Positions 1 to 13,643 of a stretch of 64,000 bases of DNA are shown piece by piece. A model generated the notes under the pieces. It saw only the letters and a program-made list of their open reading frames with translations. It was not told the DNA's origin and ran no database searches. The first letter of the stretch is position 1; every line of letters begins with the position of its first letter. Source of the stretch: Octopus vulgaris (lineage: Eukaryota). Location: assembly GCA_951406725.2 (NCBI GenBank), contig OX597832.1, positions 38,068,001 through 38,132,000 of the forward strand, read 5' to 3'. The position numbers and the translations under genes are program-made.

Positions 1-78
1 ACTTGCTAAGATGCCACGCAGTGGGACTGAACCCGGAACCATGTGTTTGGTAAGCAAGCTACTCTCCACACAGCCACT
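1..78 (-). mobile_element. SINE family A, tRNA-like 5' head (cut by window edge)
   Basis: Reverse complement matches the head of the copies at 7920 and 59961 (GTGGCTGTGTGG...GGTTCAGTCCCACTGCGTGGCATC). Confidence 0.8.
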
Positions 79-333
79 CTGGAGTCCGTGTCAATATCCA
101 TTGCTCATAGATGCATAGAACATCATACACAGACAGACATACACACACACACACACGCCCACAAACACACAAACTCACACATGCACACGCACACATACAG
201 ACACTCACACTCACACACATACACACACGGCTCGCGCGCGCTTTTTTCTATGCAATCAGTCTAATTGAATATATTCACACTAATCATCATTTGTATTTAA
301 CAAAAGTGAAAGTTGTGTGTATGGATATGTAAC

Positions 334-367
<34 letters not shown>

Positions 368-412
368 AATATGCAATTACGTATTCATTGGTTTTCCATT
401 CATCCGTTATTC

Positions 413-850
<438 letters not shown>

Positions 851-1389
851 TGTCTGTCCGTTTCTCCATCTCTCTGTTTATCTATAGTATCTCGTTATAG
901 GTACACCCATGAGAATGTTTTGCTAGAAATATGATAGACAGTTTTGAGTTCTGTCTCTTGGAGGTCCACTTATAAGTTTATCTAATATCAGATGATTTTT
1001 TTTTTACTTCTTTACCTCTATATTAACATATCTCTCTCTCTCTCTCCCTCTTTCTCTCCTGCTTTTCCTTCATCTTTCTTTTCCTCTCTTTTCCTCTCTC
1101 CCACCCTATCTTTTATTTGTACGCCATTATTTTTGCTCCCCTGTACCTGTCCCACCAACGATCTAAATATTAGCCAACCGCTATGCAAATGCACACATAC
1201 TTAGTCTCTCACGCTCACACATCCTGCACAGATGCAGACACACACATGTACACGCATAGACACACAAGTATGAACCTCTGCAGTGCGAGCAAATCATAAA
1301 CCTATAAAACACATTCATATATTTACCGATACGTATACGTCTATGTGGCTGGTATGCATGTTCGCACAATGAAAGGAAAATCTCTCTCG

Positions 1390-1431
<42 letters not shown>

Positions 1432-1672
1432 CTCGCCCTCGCTCTCTCACTCGCATGAAGTCTTGACTTAGTTGATTTCAAAAGTACACATATATGTAAA
1501 CACACATATTATTGTACACGCGCCCACCCCTCAACACACACTCCCATTCACACATATGTGACTGTGTTTTAGTATAAATTAAAGATTTTTAAATCAAATT
1601 TCTGTTACTCTTATGATTCGTTTCGGACAAGATGTTCTTAATTACATTAATCCACACACACACGCACACATA

Positions 1673-1725
<53 letters not shown>

Positions 1726-2325
1726 GTATGTCTACTTTGATCATATGATCCTTCAATGACTTCAGACCAAAGACCAAAGATATTCCCCTTCAGCCAATAA
1801 CAAATTTTTCGTTCCATTACTTCTGATGAATATTGCCAAACTGTTTCCCTAAAAATCCCTCACATTCTCTATACATTATACATTATACATTATACAAAGA
1901 GTTCTTCCCTACATGCTATAACGATTCTTTTAATGAAACTCATTTCAAAACTCATGCTTGTAACCGTTTTCTCTTAATCAACCAAATTTTGCTCCACATA
2001 CCTTTCAACCTCTCTTCCCCCCCACACTTCTCTCGATATTGTCCCCTAATGATCGATACTTTCTCCTCTTTCTTTCAAGACTATTCCGTCACAGTGTTAT
2101 CCATTTACAGTTCAGTGGACTGCGGCAACGGGAAATGAAATATTTTGCTCAAGAACACAACGTAGCCATTAAAGCAAATTTAACAAAAAATGGCTGGAAT
2201 AAATACCACGCTTAATAAATAAGTACTGTCGTCGATACCTTCGACTGAACTTCTTCAAAGTGGTGCCTTAGCATGGCCACAATCTAATGACTGAAACAAG
2301 TAAAAGAATATATATACATATATAC

Positions 2326-2373
<48 letters not shown>

Positions 2374-2375
<2 letters not shown>

Positions 2376-2495
2376 TACTTACTTTATCAACCCCTAAAGG
2401 ATGAAAGGCAGAGTCGACCTCGGTGGAATTTGAACTCAGAAGGTAAAGAGAGACGAAACACTGCTAGGCATTTTGTCCGGCGCTGTAATGATTGT
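2374..2495 (-). mobile_element. SINE family B fragment
   Basis: GGATGAAAGGCAGAGTCGACCTCGGTGGAATTTGAACTCAGAA is the reverse complement of the family B core. Confidence 0.8.
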
Positions 2496-2734
2496 CTTAA
2501 TCCCCATATAATTAACGAGTGTTGTATCAGTTTGCAGTACTGGGTTCAATTTCTACCATAGCTATAGGAATGCTCTCAACCGTTCATCCCAGCATGTCGT
2601 ATATAGATCAGAGGAAGACGAGGACTTCAAGTAATGCGCCAACAATTCAATGCCGCATGTGTTTGAGCACCCCATGAGAGCGTTTAATCATTATAAATTA
2701 TATGTACATATGTGTGTGTATGTGTGTGTGTATG

Positions 2735-2870
2735 CACGTAGCTTAGTGGTTAGGTTGTTGCACTCATGATCTTTAGATTGTGTTTTTGATCTCTAGACAG
2801 GGCAATCTTATTTTTTGTTGAGCAAAACGCTTCGTTTCACGTTGTACCAGTCCACTCAGCTGTAAATGTG
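2735..2870 (+). mobile_element. SINE family D, degenerate (tRNA head plus TTGAGCAAAAC...CAGTCCACTCAGCTGTAAATG core)
   Basis: Similar to 20440-20575 and to the reverse complement of 14265-14530. Confidence 0.6.
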
Positions 2871-4061
2871 TTCCAGCCATGGAGGGGAAGTTAAACCTGC
2901 GACGGGCGGACTGTTGTCTCGTTTAGAGACGAAGAAAATTATAACCTCAGTCCCTTCCACACCTTAGAAACCGGGTTCAGCTCCGGCTTTATCTATCCTT
3001 TGGTTCATGACAGATCTACACATGACTGTCGAATGTTCAGCCACTTACTAATTACACCGTGTAACGCGATTTTTGTCCGTGGGTAGCAACTGTGATTTCC
3101 CATTTGTTCACCCTTAGAAAGTATGAAAAATGGCTACTATTTCCTTCAAAATTTGCTTTTGTTACATTTATTCAAACCCCAAAGAATCCCCCTCAACACA
3201 TAGCTATGATGCTCCTCCATTACTCCTGCTCATGTCCAGAGATGCACAGAGATACACATGCTTAGTGGTGAAAGTCAAGCAAGTGATCAGCAAATCTGTG
3301 ATATTGCGCAGAATGTTTGCTATAACGATATTTCTGCTTCAGCAACCCAGCGCTGAATCCGTCTGAAATGCAATGGAAAAATAGATCAGTTTTAAAACAT
3401 TGATGTCCGGGCCACAAGAGCAAAGTTCGAAGGGAATAGTAGTCATTTCCCTTGATTTCTAGATCGAAGCAAATAGAAAATAACACTTATTGACCAAAGA
3501 CAAAAACAAATTAAAATTTTGTTTCACCGTGTTATATAAGTAGGTAATCCAGTCGATCGTCGTACGACTGAATATTAATAGTTGAAACCAACCGAGACTA
3601 GCCGAGGTTCATTTCCATACACATGCATAGTTACCAACCACAAGGAATCAATACATGTTACTATGAGGTCGTTGATTAATGCATTTTTAATTAGTGTTTT
3701 TCTTTTATGTTTAAAGTGACGAGATTCCTCTAATTTCCTAAATTTGTGCACATGATGTCATCTTCGAACATTTTCCATCTTCATTTTTAGTGCAATTGAC
3801 ATAAAGATTCTGTCGACCAGAAGACGGACTTCCTTTTTGAGTTCTACACAGCATTAATATACCACATGCTCTGCACAGAGGGAGGGTGCCATTGTTATAC
3901 TCAATGGGGGTATGTCAGGTGTTTTAATCACAAGAATAGCACGTGCTGCTCCGTCGAAGTGTATCAAATGTTCTACTCAGCAGGAGTATACAACATGCTT
4001 TACAAGGGTTTACACACACATACACACAAATCTATATATATATACACACATATATATATAT

Positions 4062-4109
<48 letters not shown>

Positions 4110-4127
4110 TATATATATATGTACATG

Positions 4128-4323
4128 TATATTGAGAAAAAAGTCGTCAGAATTTTGGAAAAAAAAAATCTTTCGTACCTTTCTCGAACTTCATTTGAAT
4201 TTCCCCAACTTCTCGAATTTCATTTGACAAGTTCGAGAAAGGAAGGAAAACGCTAATAATAATAATAATGAAGAAATAAAAAAGATTTTTTTCCAAAATT
4301 CTGACGACTTTTTTTCTCAATAT
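4128..4323. mobile_element. Foldback/MITE-like element with ~45 bp terminal inverted repeats and an inner 14 bp inverted repeat
   Basis: ATATTGAGAAAAAAGTCGTCAGAATTTTGGAAAAA pairs with TTTTTCCAAAATTCTGACGACTTTTTTTCTCAATAT; inner CCTTTCTCGAACTT/AAGTTCGAGAAAGG. Confidence 0.7.
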
Positions 4324-4405
4324 TCAAATTACTGTACATCACACCTAACACTCTGTACATACATACATACATACATACATACATACATACATACATACAT
4401 ACTAC

Positions 4406-4479
<74 letters not shown>

Positions 4480-4484
<5 letters not shown>

Positions 4485-4780
4485 GAAAAAAAACCCTTTT
4501 ATCAATTCAATAGTGAAAACCTAAATTATACCATCTAGAAAATTACATCTTATAGAAAGCTTAAATATAAGATAAAACATATAACAATGATTAAGTAATG
4601 TGCAAAATAATAAATAAAACGTATATATTTGGTATATATTTTATATATTATGTTGCACATTACTTAATTATTGTTATATGTTTTATCTTATATTTAAGCT
4701 TTCTATAATACGTAATTTTCTAGATGGCATGATTTAGGTTTTCATTATTGAATTGAATAAAGGTGTTTTTTTTTCTAATT
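4480..4780. repeat. ~300 bp imperfect palindrome (arms ~150 bp) abutting (TA)n
   Basis: For example TATAGAAAGCTTAAATATAAGATAAAACATATAACAAT vs ATTGTTATATGTTTTATCTTATATTTAAGCTTTCTATA; centre near 4630. Confidence 0.9.
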
Positions 4781-4894
4781 TATATATTTTTCTAATTTAT
4801 ATATATATTATATTTTGTGAAATTTGATTCAGTATTTCTAAATTGAATTTCTCCCTGTAAATTTAGAATAATATTCCCTCATATTATTATTATT

Positions 4895-5044
4895 AATCGA
4901 CTCCAGGACTTATTCTTTGGAAGCCTAGTACTTATTCTGTCGGTCTCTTTTGCCGAACCGCTAAGTTACAGGGACGTTAGCACACCACCATCGGTTGTCA
5001 AACGATGTTGGGGGGACAAATACAGACACATAAACATACACACA

Positions 5045-5104
<60 letters not shown>

Positions 5105-5452
5105 TATATATTCTTTTAATTTATTCATATAAAAAAACACACAAATTTCCACACACGAACACGGGGTTCGGCCCTTGGCATGTAACTTCAACCGTGTTTT
5201 ACTGACGTGAATTTGCTACCCAGGTATCGATTAACCGAATTATCCATACTAGGATAATTCATTCATCTACTTAAATATATATATATATATATATATACAT
5301 GACGGGCTTCTTTCAGTTTCCGTCTACCAAATACACTCATAAGGCTTTGGCCGGCCCGAGGCTATAGTAGAAGACACTTGCCCAAGGTGCCACGCAGTGG
5401 AACCATGTGGTTGGTATGCAAGAGCTACTTACCACACAGCCACTCCTGCGCC
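4895..5452 (-). mobile_element. SINE family A copy interrupted by a ~165 bp insertion in its internal microsatellite
   Basis: 4895-5100 and 5298-5452 align to the two halves of the 7920-8331 copy. Confidence 0.85.
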
Positions 5453-5455
5453 CTG

Positions 5456-5556
<101 letters not shown>

Positions 5557-5735
5557 AAGGCCAAAAACCTCGAGGGTGTAGGGTAAGTCGATTATATTAA
5601 TTCCAGTGCGCAACTGGTACTTATTTTATCGATCCCAAAAGTCGATTCCGGCGGCATTTGGTCTCAGACTGTAAAGTCGGATAAAATGTCGCTAAGTATT
5701 TTGTCCGGCACGGTAACGATTCTGCCAGCTCGCCA
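5557..5735 (-). mobile_element. SINE family B, degenerate
   Basis: GGTAAGTCGATT...ACTGGTACTTATTTTATCGATCCC...AACGATTCTGCCAGCTCGCC. Confidence 0.75.
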
Positions 5736-6583
5736 CTATAATTCTGCGAAATACTAATACACCCATGTTTTGAGTTCTATTTTTACTGTTTACATCGCCA
5801 ACCCCACCTCTCGCTCTCTCTGTCTGTCTGTCTGTCTGTCTGTCTCTCACTTACTCTCAATCTGTCTCTCTTTCCCTGTCTCTCCCTCTGTCTGTCTGTC
5901 TCTCTTTACGCGCGCACCCTTACACACGTACACATATATCTGTATGTATGTATGCATGTATGTATGTATGCATATATGTATTTATGTATGTATGTAAGTA
6001 TTACAATGTAATACGGCCTATTCAGTATATGTGTGTGTGTGTATTCACATGCATATATACACGTAATGCCACCAGGAAATCTACGAAAACCTCGCTGTAA
6101 CAACGCCACCGATTCAGCTTGAATCACCGCACTCGCTCAGTATTCGTCACTTGGTGACGTATGTGAGAACATCGCCAGTGAGAGTTGGTACAGCCATTTA
6201 CAATCCCTTACGCAGACGTTCAACAATAACATAGCAATGCTCTACAACGACTACGACAACAAAGAGTCGTTTCTCTCTCTCTATATATATACACACACAC
6301 ACACACGCGCATATAGGACTTCCTTATACAAACATCACTAATAATAATAATCGATGTTATCATTCCTACCATCGGGTGGATCTCACACCCGTTTCATAAT
6401 AACTGCTGGCACCTTTTGTAAATGTATCATTGTCTGGTACAGGCACACACACACACACACACGCACACACACACACATACACACACAAACACACTCACAC
6501 ACTCTCACACACACACTCACACGCACACATACACACTCACACACACACTCACACATATACACACACACACTCACACACACACA

Positions 6584-6652
<69 letters not shown>

Positions 6653-7208
6653 ACACACAAATACACACTCACACACACACACTGACACAAACACACACAC
6701 ACATATATTCACCCCCCACCCCACACACACACACGCACGTACACATTCATGTCTATACCCTCACACACATGTATGCATGCATGTACGTCTTGATATTTGC
6801 GAATGTGGGCTACAGTTTTCCTAATAAACATGCTTTATTGAAAACAAAAACGTTTCTCTAATTTTAACATTTATATATTAAGGATGCTTTTCTTTCGTCA
6901 TTCATGTTTTCTTTGGGATAATAAATTCCTAGTCAGCCCGACGTTTATAGAGAGACCTCCTTGGTTTATATTCTGGATGAAATTATCGCAGTGGTAGTTG
7001 TGTACACACATATACACACACATACATAAACACACTCACACACAACATATTCATATATACATACCTATATATTATATATATATTATATAATTAAAAATAA
7101 ATATTTTTTTTAATGCATAAAAAACAACATCGAATATTAGCTGAATAAAGGACTGGATAAAAACTGAATAAAAAATATGTGGAGTATTATTTGTTGCAGA
7201 TATACACT

Positions 7209-7264
<56 letters not shown>

Positions 7265-7269
<5 letters not shown>

Positions 7270-7472
7270 ATCCAAACAAGAAAGCACAAAAAAAAAACAC
7301 AACATCGCGAGGACGTGGAACAAATATAGTATTATTGGACGCTGAGGAAAGAAGGAAAGAAGGAGGGTTTAACGTTTCGAGCGGAGCTCTTCGTCGGAAA
7401 CATAGGAGAAGGAAAGATCCAGAGAAGGGAAGACAGAGGAAATAAAATCGCCAACGGTACACACGAGGTCAC

Positions 7473-7473
<1 letters not shown>
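7265..7473 (-). mobile_element. ~210 bp HHR-containing non-coding element (family H1) inserted in (TA)n
   Basis: Second copy at 30016-30220; (TA)n on both sides; contains a hammerhead motif. Confidence 0.8.
7367..7401 (-). ncRNA. Minimal type I hammerhead ribozyme motif (U4C variant)
   Basis: Minus strand GTTT-CCGACGA-A-GAGC-TCC-GCTC-GAAA-CG-TT-AAAC: helix I GTTT/AAAC, helix II GAGC/GCTC, palindromic helix III AACGTT. Confidence 0.7.
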
Positions 7474-7518
<45 letters not shown>

Positions 7519-7571
7519 CATATATATATATGTATGTATATGTATATATATGCATATATATATACATACAT

Positions 7572-7609
<38 letters not shown>

Positions 7610-7919
7610 GTATATATATATATATATTTATGTATATATGTATATATGCGTACATCCAAAATCTTTATCCACCTATCGATGTCTGTATTTTAAAGTGGAA
7701 TAAAAACAAATGTCTCAAAAAGCATATTTTAATGTTTTCGATACATATGAAATAGTGTTGGAAAACGAAGAGAGCCTCTAATAAAATGGTAGTTAACTTT
7801 TACGGAACGCAGACGTTTATGAGAGGATACAACACAAGATAACTTTGGTTGTTTGAGAAGACGGATGCGTGACGAGCACAATCCAAGGCAATCAAACTTA
7901 TGGGACGTAAAACAACTAT

Positions 7920-8331
7920 AGGCGCAGGAGTGGCTGTGTGGTAAGTAGCTTGCTAACCAACCACATGGTTCCGGGTTCAGTCCCACTGAGTGGCATCTTG
8001 GGCAAGTGTCTTCTGCTATAGCCCCGGGCCGACCAATGCCTTGTGAGTGGATTTGGAAGACGGAAACTGAAAGAAACCCGTCGTATATATGTATATATAT
8101 GTATGTATGTGTGTGTGTTTGTGTGTCTGTGTTTGTTCCCCTAGCATTGCTTGACAACCGATGCTGGTGTGTTTACGTCCCCGTCACTTAGCGGTTCGGC
8201 AAAAAGAGACCGATAGAATAAGTACTGGGCTTACAAAAAGAATAAGTCCCGGGGTCGAGTTGCTTGAGTAAAGGCGGTGCTCCAGCATGGCCGCAGTCAA
8301 ATGACTGAAACAAGTAAAAGAGTAAAGAGTA
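7920..8331 (+). mobile_element. Full-length tRNA-derived SINE, family A (~410 bp)
   Basis: A box TGGCTGTGTGG (7931), B-box-like GGTTCAGTCC (7974), internal TA/TG microsatellite, repetitive TAAAAGAG tail; near-identical to 59961-60358. Confidence 0.9.
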
Positions 8332-8914
8332 TCTTACCCAGTCTCCTATGGGAGATGCATATTCTGTATATCGAAATAATAGAACAGAATGAGGAACGTT
8401 AATATGTTTTAGAACCCCAATACATTCTGCATTTAAATCATAGTTATTGGATATTAGCCTCGATGAGCTGCCCACATCACGCAAATGCCGGACCATTGCA
8501 TGTAGAAAAATGGTTTCTCCATTCTAAAGGACATGTACTTCAAGGGGGTGGAAAAAAACGTGACAGACCTACTTAAAGGAAATTCGAAAAATTTGTAACG
8601 TCAACTGTGTACGAGTGCGAACTGTTGGTAAATATTCGACATAAATATCTCAAATGGTGTGAGCATAAATAGTGCGGAGCGACCAACCAAGCGACTCTTC
8701 TAGTACGAGACAAGAAATGCTTAATCTGCGATCAAACTTGTCGACTCTGCACTGGCCGACATAGCGCGTGTGAAAGTGAGTGTGTGTGGGTGTGTGAGTG
8801 TTTGAGAGAGAGAGAGAGAGAGATTGAGTTGCGTGTGCGTGTATAATATAATATAATATAATATAGTATAATATATAAATACATACACACACACAAACAC
8901 CCACGCACACACAC

Positions 8915-8985
<71 letters not shown>

Positions 8986-9059
8986 AGTATATGTATGTAT
9001 GTTTGTATGTGGAAAATCATCGAAGCGGAAGCACTGTCACGTGCAGCATTATCACGGTA

Positions 9060-9614
9060 ATGAGTGAAGAGTGCATTTTATCACCGTCCTTCTTCTTGTC
9101 AGCGGTCGATTTCACTGTGACTCGGTTCATGAATAATTCGATCTTAGGGATCCGTTGGAGACACAAGTAGACTGGCAAGAGATGACATCAAGTCTTTGTG
9201 ACATCAGCTCCCGACTTTGCCTCCGTATAAAAGACCAAAATAGAAAGGCTTAATACACAGGCGAAAATCAATCGAAACCCGTCCAACTTGGTGGACAACG
9301 TAGTGAACTTCATGATACTTTTATATGCCTAAGTAGTAACATTGGCAGAAATGGTCATGCTCTTCCATTCACTAAAAGATTAAAATTCCTCTAAACTCTT
9401 CTAGCGTCATTCTTATTGCATGGTTTACAAGTGAAATATGGAGGCAAGCGGACCGGTTTTGCGATATGATGAATGTTTCTCATCATCGGTGCCTTGGAAA
9501 AATCCTGAAGATCACCGGGCATGACCACACCACAAACGAGGAAATCATGAGATGAGGTGGGTTAAGTAAACAATTGCAAAATACCATCACAGATAGATGA
9601 AGGAAGCTCCCTGG

Positions 9615-9617
<3 letters not shown>
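9060..9617 (+). pseudogene. Decayed RTE-clade LINE reverse transcriptase C-terminal fragment
   Basis: Hand translation CILSPSFF (9072) and HHRCLGKILKITGHDHTTNEEIMR (9481-9552) resemble RTE motifs GC.LSP.LF and RCLR.IL.I.W.D.ITNEEV; stops and frameshifts. Confidence 0.7.
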
Positions 9618-9665
<48 letters not shown>

Positions 9666-9884
9666 GTGTACAAACAATTAAGTATTTATACACGAAAGAT
9701 GGAACCTTTGACAAGACACCTTGCATGCTAGAAAGGGCAGTGAAAACCTAAACCACGAATAAAAGTAATTTCAAAGAGAATGAACATTATATATATATAT
9801 ATGTATATGTGTGTGTGTGTGTGTGTGCGTGTGTATGTGTGTGTGTGTATATATATATATGTGTGTGTGTGTGAGAGAGAGAGA

Positions 9885-9915
<31 letters not shown>

Positions 9916-10147
9916 CGTGTGTGTATGTATGTATATTAAAGGAAAGAAAATGGAGAAAAAGTGGATGTATGAATAATTTATTTGTATGATATAAAAATGT
10001 TGAAAAAACTTTTTAAAAACATAACAATACAAATAAATTACTTATAAGTTGTAAAGCTCAAAACGTGAAAAAACCTACATATATGTTTCAATACTATCCC
10101 TTAGTTGAAAAGGAATTCTAAGTATTTGGTTAAATGCTAAGAAAGGT

Positions 10148-10300
10148 ATCATTTTTTAATTGTGTGGGGCAGTACCTCTTCAGGGTTAATTTGAGCTTAA
10201 AGAACTTAGGTATGCATCCTTCAAAGGAAAAATATTAACCTAAGTTCTATACACTCATAATAACCCTGAAGAGGTAATGCCCCGTATAGTTAAAACAATA
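10148..10300. repeat. Long hairpin / decayed MITE-like inverted repeat
   Basis: GGGGCAGTACCTCTTCAGGGTTA (10166) vs TAACCCTGAAGAGGTAATGCCCC (10261), one mismatch; inner AGAACTTAGGT/ACCTAAGTTCT. Confidence 0.8.
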
Positions 10301-10529
10301 TTTTAGTTTTGACACGCTGGATAGAGAGTTGCTGATGAAGTTACAAGATGTGTGACGAAAAATATTTGACAAAGAAACTAAAATAATAATAAAACTGAAG
10401 TGGAGATCAAATATATGACCAATCCCCAGTATAACAATATATATACATACACACACACATACATACAAAAATGCAAGCATGCATAAATACATACATACAA
10501 GCAAGCATATTATATGTGTGTGTTTTATT

Positions 10530-10745
10530 TTGGTTTCAAATTTTTGCACAAGGCCTGCAACTTCGGGAGAGAGGATAAGTCAATTACATGGATACCAGTG
10601 CTCACCTCGAACAATTTTATCGAATCGAAAGGAAAAAAAGGCAAAGTCTACCTTTGAGGAACTTGAACTCAGAGCATAAAAACGGACAAAATATCGTTAA
10701 ACATTTTGCCCAGTGTGCTAACGATCCTGCCAGGTCGCCACCTTA
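10530..10745 (-). mobile_element. SINE family B (tail type 2), degenerate
   Basis: GGTTTCAAATTTTTGCACAAGGCC...GGCAAAGTCTACC...TTGAACTCAGA...GCTAACGATCCTGCCAG. Confidence 0.75.
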
Positions 10746-11116
10746 TACGTGTTATAACTTAAAGACACGACTATGTTTCAGTTTGATCATCTTTATTACA
10801 GATTTTTAATATTTCCTTATGCGTCTGTTGTGTTTAACGTTGAATAATTGCAAACTAATGGACTTGAAGATTAGACGGTAATGGATGTGGAAATCAGTGG
10901 GTTGGTCGTGGTGGCATTATTGATAGTGGTAGAATATATGTAGCGGTGGTGGTGGTGGTGGTGGTGGTGGTTGAGGTGGGGATAGAACTGGTGGTAGTGT
11001 TGCTAGATTGAGATGTAGTGCGGTAGAGAGAAATATAGCCATAAGCATTAGGAGAATTGCCAGAGCCAGTAGGCGTTGAAGAGAGGAGTGAGATTAAAAC
11101 ACACGCACGCACGCAC

Positions 11117-11178
<62 letters not shown>

Positions 11179-11187
11179 GCGTGTGTG

Positions 11188-11221
<34 letters not shown>

Positions 11222-11390
11222 CATCTATCTATATTATGTATGTATATAAATGTGTATGTGTCTGTATGTGTGATTGTACATATATTGTGTGTATATTGTA
11301 GGTGTAAATTTATATCCTTGTATGTATATATGTGTGGGTATATCCGTATCATATGGATATGTGCTAATATATATATGTATGTGTGTGTAT

Positions 11391-11446
<56 letters not shown>

Positions 11447-13538
11447 TCACACACACATATATATGCAGACACACACATAAACACACACGCACACATATAT
11501 GGTTGTCTATTATACACACACGTACAGAGGGGAGGGGGTGAAAGCGAGCAAGAGACATAGGGGCGTAGCGAATATAGTTATCACAAGCGGTCCAGTTTAT
11601 TAGATTAACCGACTAAGAAGCTTATAACAACAATGGGAATCAAATTTCTAGTTTACACAAACCGTTCTTGTTTCCTTTCTTTCGTTCTGTTTTGTTTTGT
11701 GTATTGACGGTTATCTTCAATAAGGCATTTGTTGACAGAACCTACAGGTAGTTGGACATGTCGTGTTTTAAAACCAATTAGCAGTGGAGTCTGTATTAAT
11801 TTCTCTCGCCACAGTACAACAACTTGATGAGGACTTCAATCGAGAACTCTCTTCCTGGGCGGATTCTTTCACTTAATTGTTATTAATATTCTTCGCTCTC
11901 ACACTCCTGTTCCTGGTGGACTGCTAGAAACGTTATACCGTAAGACTTGACTGTATCGCTTGCTTAAACAGAATTTCATTTTGCCTCTATAAATACTGAT
12001 TTTGAATTCTGTCTGGGATCTACATTGATTCGTATCTCTAAGATGGGAAATTTAAAAAATAAAGTGCCGGTAATATCCTTCTGAAGGTGGCGAGCTGGAA
12101 GAACCAGACAAAATTGCTTAGCAATATTTCTATCGGTTCGTTCAAACACATGTTCAAAACTTGCTGACGTCATCTTTGCCTTTCATCCCTTCGAGGTCGA
12201 TGAAATAAAGTATCAGTTAAATACTGAAGCTGTAGAAATCAAAATTGGTGGCTCTGAACCCTGCAATAGGTCGGCGTTCTGTTGAGTTGGAATGCTGTGA
12301 TCTCAGTCACTGATACGCCGTGGAAACCGAGTAACCGGCCTTATGAGTCCTTGGGACCGAGACAAGAAATATCCCTCTCATATAAACTTGTGACCCTCCC
12401 CTGAATTCGAATGAGTGTGGATTAATAGAAACAGAAGATGAGCAGTTCAGATTTGAGTAAATTACAAGTTTGAAATGTTTATTTCCATTGTATCCAAGTC
12501 CTACATTGAAATGCAGCCAGGTTCAACGTTTTATGGTATTTACTCAGACGAAAGAGAGTGTGTCTCTGACCCTCTGAGATCCCAAAGATTAGCGAAATCG
12601 ATGTGGCTGATATGATGTGTTTTAGCATTTTGGTGTCTTTAGCAGTGTCCACTCAGTTGTAGACATTAAGGTCAGGTTTTCGATCTGAGTATTATCTTCT
12701 TCTCAATAGTCTAGGAGGTACCTAAAATATCACGGATGCTGCATTTTTATTCACAACAGCTATCCAACATCTAGGAATGAAAAACCCTTAGCTTTTCTAT
12801 ACAGATTTCTCTAGAAAGTGATTCCAAAATAACACTCGCCTCATTGCGAAACCGGAGATTTAGACTTGTTGGCTTTGCAAGCAGGAGTCCTAGCGGCGTT
12901 GTGCAAGCCATTATTGACCTTAAAGTTAAGCGTGGGCCTTGATGAGAGGCATTGTGGTCAACATCTCAAACAAATTAATTTGTCAGTGACAGCCATACTC
13001 GTCTCCGAATCGTATGTACATGTATATGCATATGTGTATGTGTTCATATATATGTGGATCAGGCAATTTTTTTAATTTCCATTTTGTTCACAAGCATATA
13101 CCCATGAGACGAATTCTCAACAATTTTGCTGGAGATTTTGCATTCATGGTGCACTTATAACAAATAAATAAAAAATACTAATAAAAATAATCATGATAAT
13201 AATAATTATTATGATTATAATTGTTAATATTCGTCGTAAATTATTCATCATACTACAGGTGTGTTATCAGTCACTTCCAATCTGCCACATTCCCCTCAAT
13301 ATCAATATCAATATAGGTTCATTCATCATAATTTTATTTTGACGTTTATTATCCTTTGTTTCATCCAAAGCCCATGGGATATTACACAGGATATTCTATA
13401 TCGAACAGCGATATTGATATTATGTATGTATGTATGTATGTATGTATGTATGTATGTACTTGTATGTATGTATGTATGTGTATGTAAGTATGTATGTATG
13501 TGTGTGTATGTATACATACACACACATCTGTATATGTA

Positions 13539-13627
<89 letters not shown>

Positions 13628-13643
13628 TAGATATATATATATA

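Noticed and set aside
7920-7995. tRNA-like sequences at SINE heads (also 48870-48937, 51934-51990, 59961-60035)
   Set aside because: A and B boxes are present but no complete cloverleaf, and each continues into a SINE body
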